A stretch of DNA of 42,327 nt. Source: a virus (lineage: Duplodnaviria; Caudoviricetes). Both the position numbers and the translations under genes were made by a program. This document shows positions 25,156-35,010 of the stretch, piece by piece. How positions within the stretch are numbered: position 1 is the first letter of the stretch; each line of letters opens with the position of its first letter. Location: positions 1 to 42,327 of the IMG/VR virus record IMGVR_UViG_3300032216_001508; one strand, written 5' to 3'. Under the pieces are notes generated by a model. That model was not told where the DNA came from. It ran no database searches and saw only the letters and a program-made list of their open reading frames with translations.

Positions 25156-26147
25156 TAGAGGATTTGTAGGTCGCTCCAACCAAAAAGACCGCAACCAGTG
25201 CCTACAAGCAAAGTAAGCATGCCTGGGGGGCAGTTGCTTCCTGTGGTGCTTGTAAACCATTTTGAGCCACCATCGGCAGCAGGGGACATAAACACTTGAC
25301 GACCCGTAGCACTTGAGGCTACAAAGTGGTGAAGGTGTCCGCAGAATAAAATATCAGCCTGTGCAATTGGTTGACGACCCATTGCTTGACCAAGCCACCA
25401 TGATTCAATCTTTCCAATAGAACCGTTAGTCTTTGTCCAATTCTTATTAGAACCGTGACGAAAACTGTGACCGTGGGCAAAACCACAAGTAACACCAGAG
25501 ATATCCAACGTCATTGTAAGGTCTTCAGCAATAGCACCAAGAGGAATCTCTACGTTGCCGTAACGTTCTTTATTGTGACTAATTATTTCTGCAACGCCAT
25601 CAAAAATAGCGAGGTCATCGTTATCGGTCCATGTTGTGTAAGCCTTGCCCATTGAGTTACGGTTCTCACCGTGGTTCCCTGGAACAGAACCAAGAACAAC
25701 GTTGTATCCTTCATCAACCATAAGGTCAACAAAACGCATAACAAGTCGTCGTGCCAAGCGCATTTGCTCTCGGCGGTCTAGGTCTGTATTAAAAGCCTGC
25801 ATGTCATAGTGACCTGAGCATTGCTCAATAAGGTCACCGAGTCCAACACCATATACGGTATTGATTTCACGTCCGGTTTTCTTGAGGTCTTTAAGACGCT
25901 CAACAAGTCGGTCTTGGAATGTAATGATGCGTTCTGCAATCATTGGGCTTCCGCCACCTTCGTTTTTACCTGCCTGCCAGTCACTTAGAAGTACAAGCAT
26001 TGAAGTGTTACCAGTTGGTTTTGTTTGCTTGCCAGGTTTTCTTTTGGCAACGCTCTTACAAAGTTCGGTAAGGTCTTCTGGTTCAACCACCTTTGGCTCA
26101 AGGCGGTAACGGTAAAATTCGCTAATATCTATTTTAGCCTTCGACAC
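25155..26147 (-). CDS. Calcineurin-like metallophosphoesterase or nuclease
   Basis: SDWQ, GDL, GNHGE, AHGH and GHLHH motifs. Confidence 0.85.
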   Translation of the reverse strand: MSKAKIDISEFYRYRLEPKVVEPEDLTELCKSVAKRKPGKQTKPTGNTSMLVLLSDWQAGKNEGGGSPMIAERIITFQDRLVERLKDLKKTGREINTVYGVGLGDLIEQCSGHYDMQAFNTDLDRREQMRLARRLVMRFVDLMVDEGYNVVLGSVPGNHGENRNSMGKAYTTWTDNDDLAIFDGVAEIISHNKERYGNVEIPLGAIAEDLTMTLDISGVTCGFAHGHSFRHGSNKNWTKTNGSIGKIESWWLGQAMGRQPIAQADILFCGHLHHFVASSATGRQVFMSPAADGGSKWFTSTTGSNCPPGMLTLLVGTGCGLFGWSDLQIL

Positions 26148-26162
26148 GGGGTTCCTCGTCCC

Positions 26163-26387
26163 TTATTTTTCGCAGCAGCAAGTGCCGCGTCGGTGTTCGC
26201 CAAGTGTTGTCCTTTTTACAGGAAAACCCCACTCTTCTAGAACTACCATGATTGTGGCCGTTTGTATTTCTTTGTTTGGCCTTGACAATGCGTAATTAAG
26301 TTTTTCCCATTGTTCTTTTGACAATGTGAGGGAACCAATAGAGCACTTTTTTGGTTTGTAAAATTCCGACAAATCTATTTTTGACAC
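26163..26387 (-). CDS. Small HTH/Zn-binding protein (HRRGTCCC)
   Basis: ORF, AGGAG RBS. Confidence 0.7.
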   Translation of the reverse strand: MSKIDLSEFYKPKKCSIGSLTLSKEQWEKLNYALSRPNKEIQTATIMVVLEEWGFPVKRTTLGEHRRGTCCCEK

Positions 26388-26420
26388 CGCTACACTCCTA
26401 GTTAATCCTCCGTTACAAAG

Positions 26421-26449
26421 ATGTTACACGAGTGTAGTTTAAATGTCAA
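26421..26449 (-). promoter_or_regulatory. sigma70-type promoter
   Basis: TTGACA-N17-TAACAT. Confidence 0.65.
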
Positions 26450-26457
26450 GCATTTAG

Positions 26458-26829
26458 TTAGCCCATCGGAAAGGTGGGGGCAAGAATTAGACATTCCCCC
26501 ATCGCCCGAACCTTTGTTTTGGTTTGGTCGTGATTAACGTCATCACTTGGCTCACCCATAAATGAGTAAACCCATACACCATCTTCGTATTGGCTGGTGT
26601 CAATGCTTGCTACGTAAAGGCCAAGACCAATGCGCTTAATAACGTCACTAGGGTCACCAACGCCAAAAGTATAAGTCCACACAAATTGGTCCTGACCATT
26701 GATTTGAAAGCCAAACCAAACCTTGTCGGGGTCAATAATAGTTACATTATCTTGGGCTGTAAAAGGCATAGAGGTAAAGAACTGAACAGTTGTTCCTTGA
26801 ACGTATGTATTTGCAATAAATGGTTTCAT
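26458..26829 (-). CDS. Beta-rich hypothetical protein, possibly virion-associated
   Basis: ORF; end of the fibre gene cluster. Confidence 0.6.
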   Translation of the reverse strand: MKPFIANTYVQGTTVQFFTSMPFTAQDNVTIIDPDKVWFGFQINGQDQFVWTYTFGVGDPSDVIKRIGLGLYVASIDTSQYEDGVWVYSFMGEPSDDVNHDQTKTKVRAMGECLILAPTFPMG

Positions 26830-26832
26830 AAT

Positions 26833-27018
26833 TTATACCTCTGGGTTAATGCCCAAGTAATTCAAAACGTCTTCCCAATTTCCTACATCCATAACTTTAA
26901 GTGTTGGACAAGTCGAATCCACCTCAACCGTTCCTGGCTGGGGTGTAAAGTAACGACTTCTAGGTCCAGAAAAAACTACTTCTTCACCATTGTTGGAGTA
27001 GGGGGAGAATGTTGCCAT
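26833..27018 (-). CDS. Hypothetical protein, 61 aa
   Basis: ORF in a tightly packed operon. Confidence 0.6.
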   Translation of the reverse strand: MATFSPYSNNGEEVVFSGPRSRYFTPQPGTVEVDSTCPTLKVMDVGNWEDVLNYLGINPEV

Positions 27019-27312
27019 TTATTGAACTGGGCTTTCTTTAATTTCAAAAGCGTGATTTTTAGCCAAAATCATTGCACTTTCAAGGTTTTCCGAAAAAGAA
27101 ATAACCTTTACATTTCCTGGATTGGTTCCATTAGAAATGATGTAAAGGTCGTAGTTGTGTAATTTTTCTACAAACATTTTTGTACCATTAGACACTTCTA
27201 TGTAACGCAAAGAACGTTGATATTTATTTGCGTCTTTGTCCTTTGGAATGGACATTAATTCCCATTCGCGCTTTGGTTGTACAGGTGTTTGATTCTTTTT
27301 TAGTTTAAACAT
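27019..27312 (-). CDS. Hypothetical protein, 97 aa (MFKLKKNQ...)
   Basis: GAGGA RBS. Confidence 0.6.
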   Translation of the reverse strand: MFKLKKNQTPVQPKREWELMSIPKDKDANKYQRSLRYIEVSNGTKMFVEKLHNYDLYIISNGTNPGNVKVISFSENLESAMILAKNHAFEIKESPVQ

Positions 27313-27323
27313 ATTGTCCTCAT

Positions 27324-28019
27324 CTATTTGTAAGATTTTTTTTGCCATTTTTTGCGGCGATACCAAGAACCTTGGTTGTAATCCTCTGTCCTAGTGCTTT
27401 CAACGCCAGCAATGTAAACGCCGTCTTTTTTCTTAGCAACCCAATCGGTTCTATTAAACGGAATAACTTGCATGAAAGGAGTGCCTTGAGGAATTAATCC
27501 TTCAAAACCTTTTTTAATATGAAATGGAAAGTTACCGCCGTGCATAACAAATGGTCCATCAACAATTCCTCCTGTTGTTACAAAAGGAAGGTCGGTGCGA
27601 TTAATTGGGTGAATGCAAATTAAACTGTATCCATCTGGCAACTCAACGGCAGTCTGTGTTACCCACAAAAAGTGTTTGTCATCGCAACCTGCGGGTGTTG
27701 GCATTTTCCCGGTTTGACCAGGCGGACGTTCATCAAGAACCGGTGTTTGTGAATTCCAACGACCAACTGGCCCATTGGGTGTTTGTTCTATGTAAACATC
27801 AATGGGGGTGAGCAACATATAACCAGTTGTCAAAGCATCAACAAAAGGAATACAGTGTTTAACGCTTTTGGTTTCAGGTCCATCAAGACCTGGAACAAGC
27901 CGTGGCATTTCTTTGTACCAGTCTGGAACAACTCGGTTTGCTGGTTTAAGTAAATTTTCAGGGAATCCAGTAGATGATTCAAAGTAAAGAGTTTGTGGTG
28001 GTTGACGTTTGTTAAACAT
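27324..28019 (-). CDS. Hypothetical protein with possible dUTPase-like beta fold (paralog A)
   Basis: P.WYK..P; SVKHCIPF.DALT.GY; HP.NR.DLPF; GTP..QVIPF. Confidence 0.75.
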   Translation of the reverse strand: MFNKRQPPQTLYFESSTGFPENLLKPANRVVPDWYKEMPRLVPGLDGPETKSVKHCIPFVDALTTGYMLLTPIDVYIEQTPNGPVGRWNSQTPVLDERPPGQTGKMPTPAGCDDKHFLWVTQTAVELPDGYSLICIHPINRTDLPFVTTGGIVDGPFVMHGGNFPFHIKKGFEGLIPQGTPFMQVIPFNRTDWVAKKKDGVYIAGVESTRTEDYNQGSWYRRKKWQKKSYK

Positions 28020-28717
28020 TATTTATACGTTTTCTTTTGCCACTTACGACGACGATACCAAGAACCCTGGGCATAGTCTTCGTTGGAAGTATTTTCAATA
28101 CCCTTTCCCCATGTTCCTTCAACGCGTTTTGATTTCCAGTCTTCACGTAAAAACGGTATTACCTGAATGATGGGGGTTCCTTTGGGAATGAGTCCTTCAA
28201 ATCCTTTTTTTACATAAAAAGGAACATTGCCTCCATGAACAACAAATTCACCATCAGCAACGCCAGAAAGAGTTATAAAAGGAAGGTCGAATCTATTTAA
28301 AGGGTGAGTATAAACTGCACTGTAACCTTCTGGTATTCTCACTGCTGCTTGTGTGGTCCAAACTAAATGTTCTTCGTCATAGCCTTCTGGCGCTGGCATT
28401 TTTCCCGTTGCCCCAGGTGGCCTGTTGTTAACAGGCATAGTATTGCCTGAGTATCGAGCAGAGGGACCATTAGAAGTTTGTTCAATGTAAACATCTTGAC
28501 CAAGGGCAATGTAATAACCAATAGTAAGAGCATCAAGAAATGGAATGCAGTGTTTAACCGATGGATTTTCACCCATCACCGTCATCACTTCTCTTGGTAT
28601 TTCTTTATACCATGCAGGAACCGCATTGAGCATTGGCTTAACGGTTTCTTTTGACGTTTCAGGCTGCTCTTCATATTCAAGCACCTTAACATCTTTGCTA
28701 AAGGGCTTTTTTAACAT
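28019..28717 (-). CDS. Hypothetical protein, paralog B of 27324-28019
   Basis: Shares the same motifs; start MLKKPF via TAATG. Confidence 0.75.
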   Translation of the reverse strand: MLKKPFSKDVKVLEYEEQPETSKETVKPMLNAVPAWYKEIPREVMTVMGENPSVKHCIPFLDALTIGYYIALGQDVYIEQTSNGPSARYSGNTMPVNNRPPGATGKMPAPEGYDEEHLVWTTQAAVRIPEGYSAVYTHPLNRFDLPFITLSGVADGEFVVHGGNVPFYVKKGFEGLIPKGTPIIQVIPFLREDWKSKRVEGTWGKGIENTSNEDYAQGSWYRRRKWQKKTYK

Positions 28718-29049
28718 TAAAGTTCTACGGGTGCAGCAGGTGCGGTTTGCCATTTGCCAATTGGGCAAAAAGCATTAGGAAGTTTTACTTTCTCAGTCAT
28801 AAAACAACCGCATTATTTACAGGTGTTTACAACTTTGCGAAGTTTAGGACATTCTTTGCAAATAGCAAAACGTTCTTCGGCAACACTTTCTGTTACTCGA
28901 CCAATGTTCTTGTTTAAAAGGTCCCATGGACGTGCTGGGCGTTGTTCGTCAGGCGTTGTTTCGATTAATTCGTTTACTGTTTCTGAAACAGCGTCAACTT
29001 GACCTGCTTTAAATTTTTCCCAAGGCGTTAATTTACGTTCCTCACTCAT
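28717..29049 (-). pseudogene. Cys-rich DUF6171-like protein interrupted by an in-frame TAA at 28813-28815
   Basis: R..ICKECP......CK*CGCFM..K......CPIGKW continues in frame through the stop. Confidence 0.7.
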
Positions 29050-29051
29050 TT

Positions 29052-29336
29052 TTATTCCTTTTCTAGTGGCGGAACAACTTCTTGACTTGAAGGTTGTGCA
29101 AGAATAGTTCCATCTTGTTGTACAAATTCACCGGTTTCGCTGTTGTAAAGCGTTTGACCAACAACAATTCCTTCAATACCAGTTGATTTAACAATAAGCG
29201 GTTTGCTTAAAAGAATTGCAGCAAGGCGGTCTTGACACCAAATTTGGTCTTGAACAACATCGTCAATTACAAAAGCAATTGCGTGCGGTGGCAAATCTGC
29301 TGGTGGGGTTGCTGGTCCCGTTGGTTGGTCTAACAT
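29052..29336 (-). CDS. Hypothetical protein (paralog of 29346-29594)
   Basis: A.VID..V.D.I...DR..A.L.S.P.IV. Confidence 0.75.
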   Translation of the reverse strand: MLDQPTGPATPPADLPPHAIAFVIDDVVQDQIWCQDRLAAILLSKPLIVKSTGIEGIVVGQTLYNSETGEFVQQDGTILAQPSSQEVVPPLEKE

Positions 29337-29345
29337 ATTTATCCT

Positions 29346-29594
29346 TTATTCTGGTGCAACAAACGTTGAACCGTCTGGGTTTGTAAAAGTTTTTGTGGCA
29401 GCATCGTATGTGCATTGTTCTGGAACAAGCGATGTTGCCTTTTGTGCATCTGAACCAAGGTTAACAATTGTTGGGTTGCTTGTCAATACGGCATGCATCC
29501 TGTCTGTTGTACCTATAACGTCCATAACCTTGCCATCAATGACAAGTGCAACAAATCCTGTTGCTTCTGTAGATGGTTGTGTCTGGTCTGACAT
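29346..29594 (-). CDS. Hypothetical protein
   Basis: AGGAG RBS; paralogous motif. Confidence 0.75.
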   Translation of the reverse strand: MSDQTQPSTEATGFVALVIDGKVMDVIGTTDRMHAVLTSNPTIVNLGSDAQKATSLVPEQCTYDAATKTFTNPDGSTFVAPE

Positions 29595-29603
29595 TTTATT
29601 CTC

Positions 29604-31079
29604 CTATTGTGCTGTAAATGGCCCTACTTGTGATGCTTGAGATGTTCCACCCGGCACCAAAATTATACCAACACCAGAGCCTTTAGTGCCAGTATTTGTT
29701 GAAGAAACCGTAGCATTTGACGTAGTTGCAGCGGTATCGCTATATCCAGTTGCGGTAACATTATTACCACTTGTAGTTACACTAACTGCATTTATACTAG
29801 GTGTATTACTATATGCAACAACCGCTGCGCTACTTGCAACCGTTGTAATAGTAGATGAAACGTTTTTAATAAGGTTTAAAACCCAATTCCATTGAGTACT
29901 ATAGTTTGGTGAAGTTGTACAGCAGGAATTTGAAGCGCAGTTGTTTGAACCCGTGCAACATGCGCTTGAGGCACAGTTGTTTGAACCCGTGCAACAGGCG
30001 TTGTACGCACCTGCGTAGTTTGACCCGGTGCAACAAGCGTTGTACGCACCTGCGTAATTAGCGCCTGTGCAACAAGCGTTGTATGTACAAGTGTTTGAAC
30101 CTGTGCAACAAGCGCTTGAGGCACAGTTGTTTGCTCCAGTGCAACAAGAGTTGTATGTTCCGGCATAGAATGTTGCACCACAAGTTGCGCTGTATGTGCA
30201 GTTTGAAGAACCCGTGCAACAACCGCTGTAAGTGCAAGTGTTTGTACCATAACAACAAGAACTGTAAGAACCTGCGTAGTTTGACCCGGTGCAGCATGTA
30301 CTGTAAGAACCACCGTATTTACCAGAAGCACCGCATTTTGATGAAGTAGTGCAGTTGTTAGATATACCACATTTTGTAGAAGCACCACAAGTATTTGCTC
30401 CTGTACAACAACCACTTGATACGCAGTTGTTTGAGCCCGTGCAACAAAGGTTTGGTGAACCACCAGAATAAGCGGCACCACAAGTAGCACTTGCAGAACA
30501 GTTATTTCCACCAGTACAGCAGGCGTTATAGGCGCAGTTGTTTGAACCTGTGCAACATGCGCTTGAGGCGCAATTGTTTGACGCTCCGCAAGTGCTACTT
30601 GATGCACAGTTGTTGGCAGCACCGCAAGTGGCACTAGGAGAACAACTGTTTGCGCCAGTACAACATGCGTTGTAGGAGCAATTATTTGCGCCTGTGCAGC
30701 ATGCGTTTGCGTTACATGAGTAACTAGAAATGTAAAGCGATGTAGAACCTGATGAAGCAGCAGCCCACCAGTCATTAGCCCCAGATTGCCAGAAAACAAT
30801 TCCACTTCCAGAAGGTGCTGATTGAACGGTTGCGGTTACGTTTTGATTGTATGGCGTTGTGGCAAATGGGTAACTTGAAGCAGCGGTTGCAGTAACGGCA
30901 ACTCCGCTGTTTGAGTACCACGTACCGTTTGTCTGTGTCCAGACGTTTCCTGTTGTGGCGTTACCCAAAGAACCAGATGTTGTACGCGCAAAAGTGTCTT
31001 TAATTTTAACACCGAAATTGCTTATAAAACCGTAGGCCTGATTAGAAAGGCCGCTAAATGTATCTCTTAATGGTGCCAT
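29604..31079 (-). CDS. Cys-rich 12/13-aa repeat protein with beta-rich flanks, probably virion surface
   Basis: ~22 repeats of the type xxxCCTGSNNCx. Confidence 0.8.
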   Translation of the reverse strand: MAPLRDTFSGLSNQAYGFISNFGVKIKDTFARTTSGSLGNATTGNVWTQTNGTWYSNSGVAVTATAASSYPFATTPYNQNVTATVQSAPSGSGIVFWQSGANDWWAAASSGSTSLYISSYSCNANACCTGANNCSYNACCTGANSCSPSATCGAANNCASSSTCGASNNCASSACCTGSNNCAYNACCTGGNNCSASATCGAAYSGGSPNLCCTGSNNCVSSGCCTGANTCGASTKCGISNNCTTSSKCGASGKYGGSYSTCCTGSNYAGSYSSCCYGTNTCTYSGCCTGSSNCTYSATCGATFYAGTYNSCCTGANNCASSACCTGSNTCTYNACCTGANYAGAYNACCTGSNYAGAYNACCTGSNNCASSACCTGSNNCASNSCCTTSPNYSTQWNWVLNLIKNVSSTITTVASSAAVVAYSNTPSINAVSVTTSGNNVTATGYSDTAATTSNATVSSTNTGTKGSGVGIILVPGGTSQASQVGPFTAQ

Positions 31080-31492
31080 TAGAGTTTCTCCATAACGTAT
31101 TGAACTTCTTCCTCCACTGTCAATCCGTTGACAATGTGAATTCCTTTAAAGCAAATTGGGTCTTGCCACAAAGCATTTGTATCTTTGTAACGACTTTCTT
31201 TTATTCTGTCTACCCAAACAAGAACATCTGGCTCCCCAAAAGCCAAACGAGTTTCAAAGGTGGGACAAACAAAATCAACTACAACATCAAAACCTTGATT
31301 AGAAATAATGCGAGCCATTTCTCCAAGACGACGTGCTTGTTCAATCCTGTCGTTCATTGAAAAACCAAGGTCAGAATTTATGGTTGCTCTTATTTCATCG
31401 GCGTTTAAATGAATAGCATTAATGCGTTTTTTAATGCCATCAGCAAGGACTGTTTTACCAGCGCCGGGAAGACCAATAATTTGAATAATCAT
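31079..31492 (-). CDS. Adenylyl-sulfate (APS) kinase-like protein
   Basis: GLPGAGKT; NAD.IR.....DLGFS..DR.....R. Confidence 0.8.
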   Translation of the reverse strand: MIIQIIGLPGAGKTVLADGIKKRINAIHLNADEIRATINSDLGFSMNDRIEQARRLGEMARIISNQGFDVVVDFVCPTFETRLAFGEPDVLVWVDRIKESRYKDTNALWQDPICFKGIHIVNGLTVEEEVQYVMEKL

Positions 31493-32157
31493 TCTCCACC
31501 GTTCCAAAAGAGTGATAAATCATTGTAAATTCTGCAATCAATATTATTAAGTTCTTGTAGTTCTTCTATTTCAAGACTGGTTAAATAATTGTAAAGTTCT
31601 AACGATATTGGATTTTCATTGCGCAATTCGTTAGAACCAGGAACAACGCTGTGCTGTGGCATTTCAAAATATTTATACATTTTGCTAACAATTTTGTTAA
31701 CATTTGAAGCAATCATTTGCGTGTCGCGAATAAAAAACTCAAACGACTTGATTCGTTCAATTGCCAAGTCTTCGTTTACGTTTTCGTTTTTAAAAAACTC
31801 GTAATCTGTTTCAAACATGTATTCATTTGAACCAGAGTAAAGAATGTTTTTTGTTTGATAGTTTTTTAAATAACTTTTATTTTTTTCAACCCATGAAAGA
31901 AAATCATTTGCTGTAAGTTTTTCTACAGGAATACGACCTATTTTTATCAAATAAGCATAATGACTTATTGTCCTTTTTACTGGTTCACGCCAAGAAGAAA
32001 TAACATATGAACTTGGTTTGACGGGCGTCCATCCATGGTGAGAAGTTTCTTCATATATTTTTACGTGTCCCCTAAGGGCGTTAACTATCTCTTCTCGAAC
32101 CCAATGTCCGCCAGTTTTAGCAATGTGCAGATGATAAATCTCGTCCTTTTTTACCAT
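31489..32157 (-). CDS. Sulfotransferase-family protein
   Basis: HLHIAKTGG (5'-PSB-like); REPVKRTISHY (3'-PB-like). Confidence 0.8.
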   Translation of the reverse strand: MVKKDEIYHLHIAKTGGHWVREEIVNALRGHVKIYEETSHHGWTPVKPSSYVISSWREPVKRTISHYAYLIKIGRIPVEKLTANDFLSWVEKNKSYLKNYQTKNILYSGSNEYMFETDYEFFKNENVNEDLAIERIKSFEFFIRDTQMIASNVNKIVSKMYKYFEMPQHSVVPGSNELRNENPISLELYNYLTSLEIEELQELNNIDCRIYNDLSLFWNGGE

Positions 32158-32165
32158 TGTTATTT

Positions 32166-34229
32166 TTAGAACTTGGCCAAACTTGCAAAGATTGTGTAGG
32201 TTGATGCTGCTGTTTTAATAATTGTAAACGAATAAATGTCCGGAACGCTAGCATTTCCAGCAGCGGGGGCAGAGCCACCCTGCCAGTACGTAGTTACACC
32301 AGTTGCGGTTCCATCAATTTGAACCGCCGTGCAATAGTAAGCAGTGGCGCCTTGGTTAACAATAACGGTAGCCGTAATGGATTGGTTTGTTGAAAGAAGC
32401 GTGTTAAGTGTTACACCTGAAGTTGAGGCAAAGTTAAACACAAAATTTGTTGTTTGTGCCGCGGCGGTGTTGTAGTACAAAGCACCGTTTGTGGTCAAGT
32501 AGAAGGTATTAGATGAACTAAGAGCAGAATTACTTACGGTTGCTGCTTCTACAGGTGCCGTTAGGACAACGTTTGTGGTGGCGGCTGAGTAACCTTGGTT
32601 TCCTTGGTTACCTTGGTATCCCTGGTTTCCTTGATTGCCTTGATATCCCTGTGGTCCTTGTGAACCAGTTGTTCCTTGTACGCCTTGGAAGCCTTGGTTT
32701 CCTTGAGGACCCTGGTTACCTTGCGTTCCTTGATTACCCTGTGAACCGGTAAGTCCTTGAACACCTTGAGCACCAGTAGACCCTTGAGAACCTGTTGAAC
32801 CTTGGTATCCTTGAGGGCCTTGAGAGCCAGTAGTACCTTGTGCTCCTGTGGTTCCTTGAGCACCTGTCGAGCCTTGCGAACCAGTAGCACCTTGGCTACC
32901 TGTTGCACCTTGGCTACCAGTTGCGCCTTGCGCACCTGTCGAACCTTGCGCTCCAGTGTTTCCTTGTGGACCCTGTGAGCCAGTTGAACCCTGATATCCT
33001 TGTGGACCTTGTGCACCATCAGCACCAACGTATCCTGCGGTTCCTTGGTAACCTTGTGAGCCTTGAGCACCTGTTGAGCCTTGCGCTCCGGTAGCACCTT
33101 GTGAGCCCGTTGCGCCCTGCGCTCCGGTGCTTCCCTGAGAACCTGTTTGACCTTGGTAACCTTGAGTTCCTTGTGCACCCGTAGAACCTTGAGCACCAGT
33201 AGCACCCTGACTTCCGGTTGCGCCTTGGTAACCTTGGTTTCCTTGCGCTCCAGTTACTCCCTGTGTTCCAGCAGAACCTTGAGCACCAGTTGAACCTTGA
33301 ACGCCTTGTGTTCCTTGCGTTCCTTGCGCTCCGACATTTCCTTGAAAACCTTGAGGCCCTTGCGAGCCGGTTGAACCTTGTGCTCCAGTATCTCCTTGCG
33401 GTCCAGCAATACCAACTGCACCGTCTAGGTTTACTTGCCAACTTGCAAAAGTTCCTGAACCTGTCTTGTTATCTTTAACAAAGACAAGTACGCCAGTTCC
33501 AGAATCGTAAGATATAACAGTTCCGTGTTGGTGATGAGTATCATCATATGCAACAATAATTGATTGAGCAGAAGAGTAAGAAAGATTAGTTCCAACCGTA
33601 ATTGTTTGACTACCACTTGTCCCTAATGTAAATGAAGTAGTAGAAGTTGTTTGGTACTTATCTCCATTAATGCCTTGGTATCCCTGGTCGCCTTGATAAC
33701 CCTGAGGCCCTTGATTTCCCTGATAACCTTGTGCTCCTGTAGTTCCTTGAGAACCATTTGCTCCTTGAGTACCAGTACTACCTTGGACACCTTGATATCC
33801 CTGGCTTCCTTGAAGTCCTTGATTGCCTTGTGTACCTTGTGAACCTGTAGAACCAGTTGAGCCTTGTGCTCCGGTTGCGCCTTGGTAACCCTGGTTACCC
33901 GTAGCACCTTGCGTTCCATTTGTTCCGGCGGAACCCTGAGAACCCTGAGAACCTGTGTCTCCTTGATACCCTTGATAACCACGAGCACCTTGAGCACCCG
34001 TAGAACCTTGCGAACCAGTGCTACCCTGTGCGCCTGTGTCTCCTTGAAATCCTTGCGAACCAGTAGAACCTTGATATCCCTGATATCCACGGTTACCTTG
34101 ATAACCTTGAGCACCAGTTGTGCCCTGCACGCCCTGTGTACCTTGGACGCCCTGAGTCCCTTGAGGTCCCTGGGCTCCAACAACTGCGGTTACCCATTCG
34201 GCACCGTTGTAGTACATAAGTTGTGTCAT
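32166..34229 (-). CDS. Collagen-like (G-X-Q/T) fibre protein
   Basis: Long G-X-Y runs; globular C-terminal domain. Confidence 0.85.
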   Translation of the reverse strand: MTQLMYYNGAEWVTAVVGAQGPQGTQGVQGTQGVQGTTGAQGYQGNRGYQGYQGSTGSQGFQGDTGAQGSTGSQGSTGAQGARGYQGYQGDTGSQGSQGSAGTNGTQGATGNQGYQGATGAQGSTGSTGSQGTQGNQGLQGSQGYQGVQGSTGTQGANGSQGTTGAQGYQGNQGPQGYQGDQGYQGINGDKYQTTSTTSFTLGTSGSQTITVGTNLSYSSAQSIIVAYDDTHHQHGTVISYDSGTGVLVFVKDNKTGSGTFASWQVNLDGAVGIAGPQGDTGAQGSTGSQGPQGFQGNVGAQGTQGTQGVQGSTGAQGSAGTQGVTGAQGNQGYQGATGSQGATGAQGSTGAQGTQGYQGQTGSQGSTGAQGATGSQGATGAQGSTGAQGSQGYQGTAGYVGADGAQGPQGYQGSTGSQGPQGNTGAQGSTGAQGATGSQGATGSQGATGSQGSTGAQGTTGAQGTTGSQGPQGYQGSTGSQGSTGAQGVQGLTGSQGNQGTQGNQGPQGNQGFQGVQGTTGSQGPQGYQGNQGNQGYQGNQGNQGYSAATTNVVLTAPVEAATVSNSALSSSNTFYLTTNGALYYNTAAAQTTNFVFNFASTSGVTLNTLLSTNQSITATVIVNQGATAYYCTAVQIDGTATGVTTYWQGGSAPAAGNASVPDIYSFTIIKTAASTYTIFASLAKF

Positions 34230-34257
34230 TTTAAATCCTTAGATTGTTGAAAAGTTT

Positions 34258-35010
34258 TCAAGAATTAATAACCCAAGTTTTTGAGTCATAGTTTAAACGG
34301 TAAAAGGTGTCGGGAATAAACGAAGGCTTCCCAAAATCAGTAATTGGTGTTACGTCTGTATCAATCCAGGTTTCTGTGTTGTAGTTATAGCGAAGTGGCC
34401 CATTTGTTTTTGGATACTCAGGAGTTATTTTTGCAAAATTAGGCAAGTATTGAGATTCAGGAAGCAATATTTTTGCGGCTTCTATAATTTCATTAATGGT
34501 CATTCTGTTCCATTTAGTGTCAGGGTCTTTTGAACGATACGTTCTTTTTTCTAATGCCTCATTCATATATGGAGCAACTTGACCACTTGCATTTATGTGA
34601 TTATCAGCGCAATAAAAATTCATTTGTGCGCTTTGTTCGGTTTGCAAAAATGCAAGAATTGAACCTGAGCCTGGATATTTACTAGCCCATGCTTGGCTCC
34701 AATGAAAAGGTTCACCTATGTTAGTTACTTCATAATAAAAAAGAACTGAACAAAGTTCATCTGTAGCACTAAAAGACAACATTAATTTAGGATTTAAATA
34801 ATCGTTTTTTAATGATTCATTTAATCCGTACAAAGCAGTAAAGAAAAAAGGGGTTTTTGATTCATCTGCATTAATTTTTTGTTCGTTTAACAACGAAGTT
34901 TTATATAACTCTAAAGAATTGTTTGTTGGGTTTTGTATGTAAACCGCATATCCACCGGAAGCAATAAAATTGTCAATTTCAATAAAAGGTTTGTATGTTG
35001 CTTGAGTCAT
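34258..35010 (-). CDS. Hypothetical protein, 250 aa
   Basis: ORF in an AT-rich segment. Confidence 0.7.
   Translation of the reverse strand: MTQATYKPFIEIDNFIASGGYAVYIQNPTNNSLELYKTSLLNEQKINADESKTPFFFTALYGLNESLKNDYLNPKLMLSFSATDELCSVLFYYEVTNIGEPFHWSQAWASKYPGSGSILAFLQTEQSAQMNFYCADNHINASGQVAPYMNEALEKRTYRSKDPDTKWNRMTINEIIEAAKILLPESQYLPNFAKITPEYPKTNGPLRYNYNTETWIDTDVTPITDFGKPSFIPDTFYRLNYDSKTWVINS

Noticed and set aside
28813-28815. Stop-codon reassignment
   Set aside because: Single instance; TAA, TAG and TGA all terminate genes normally elsewhere in the window.
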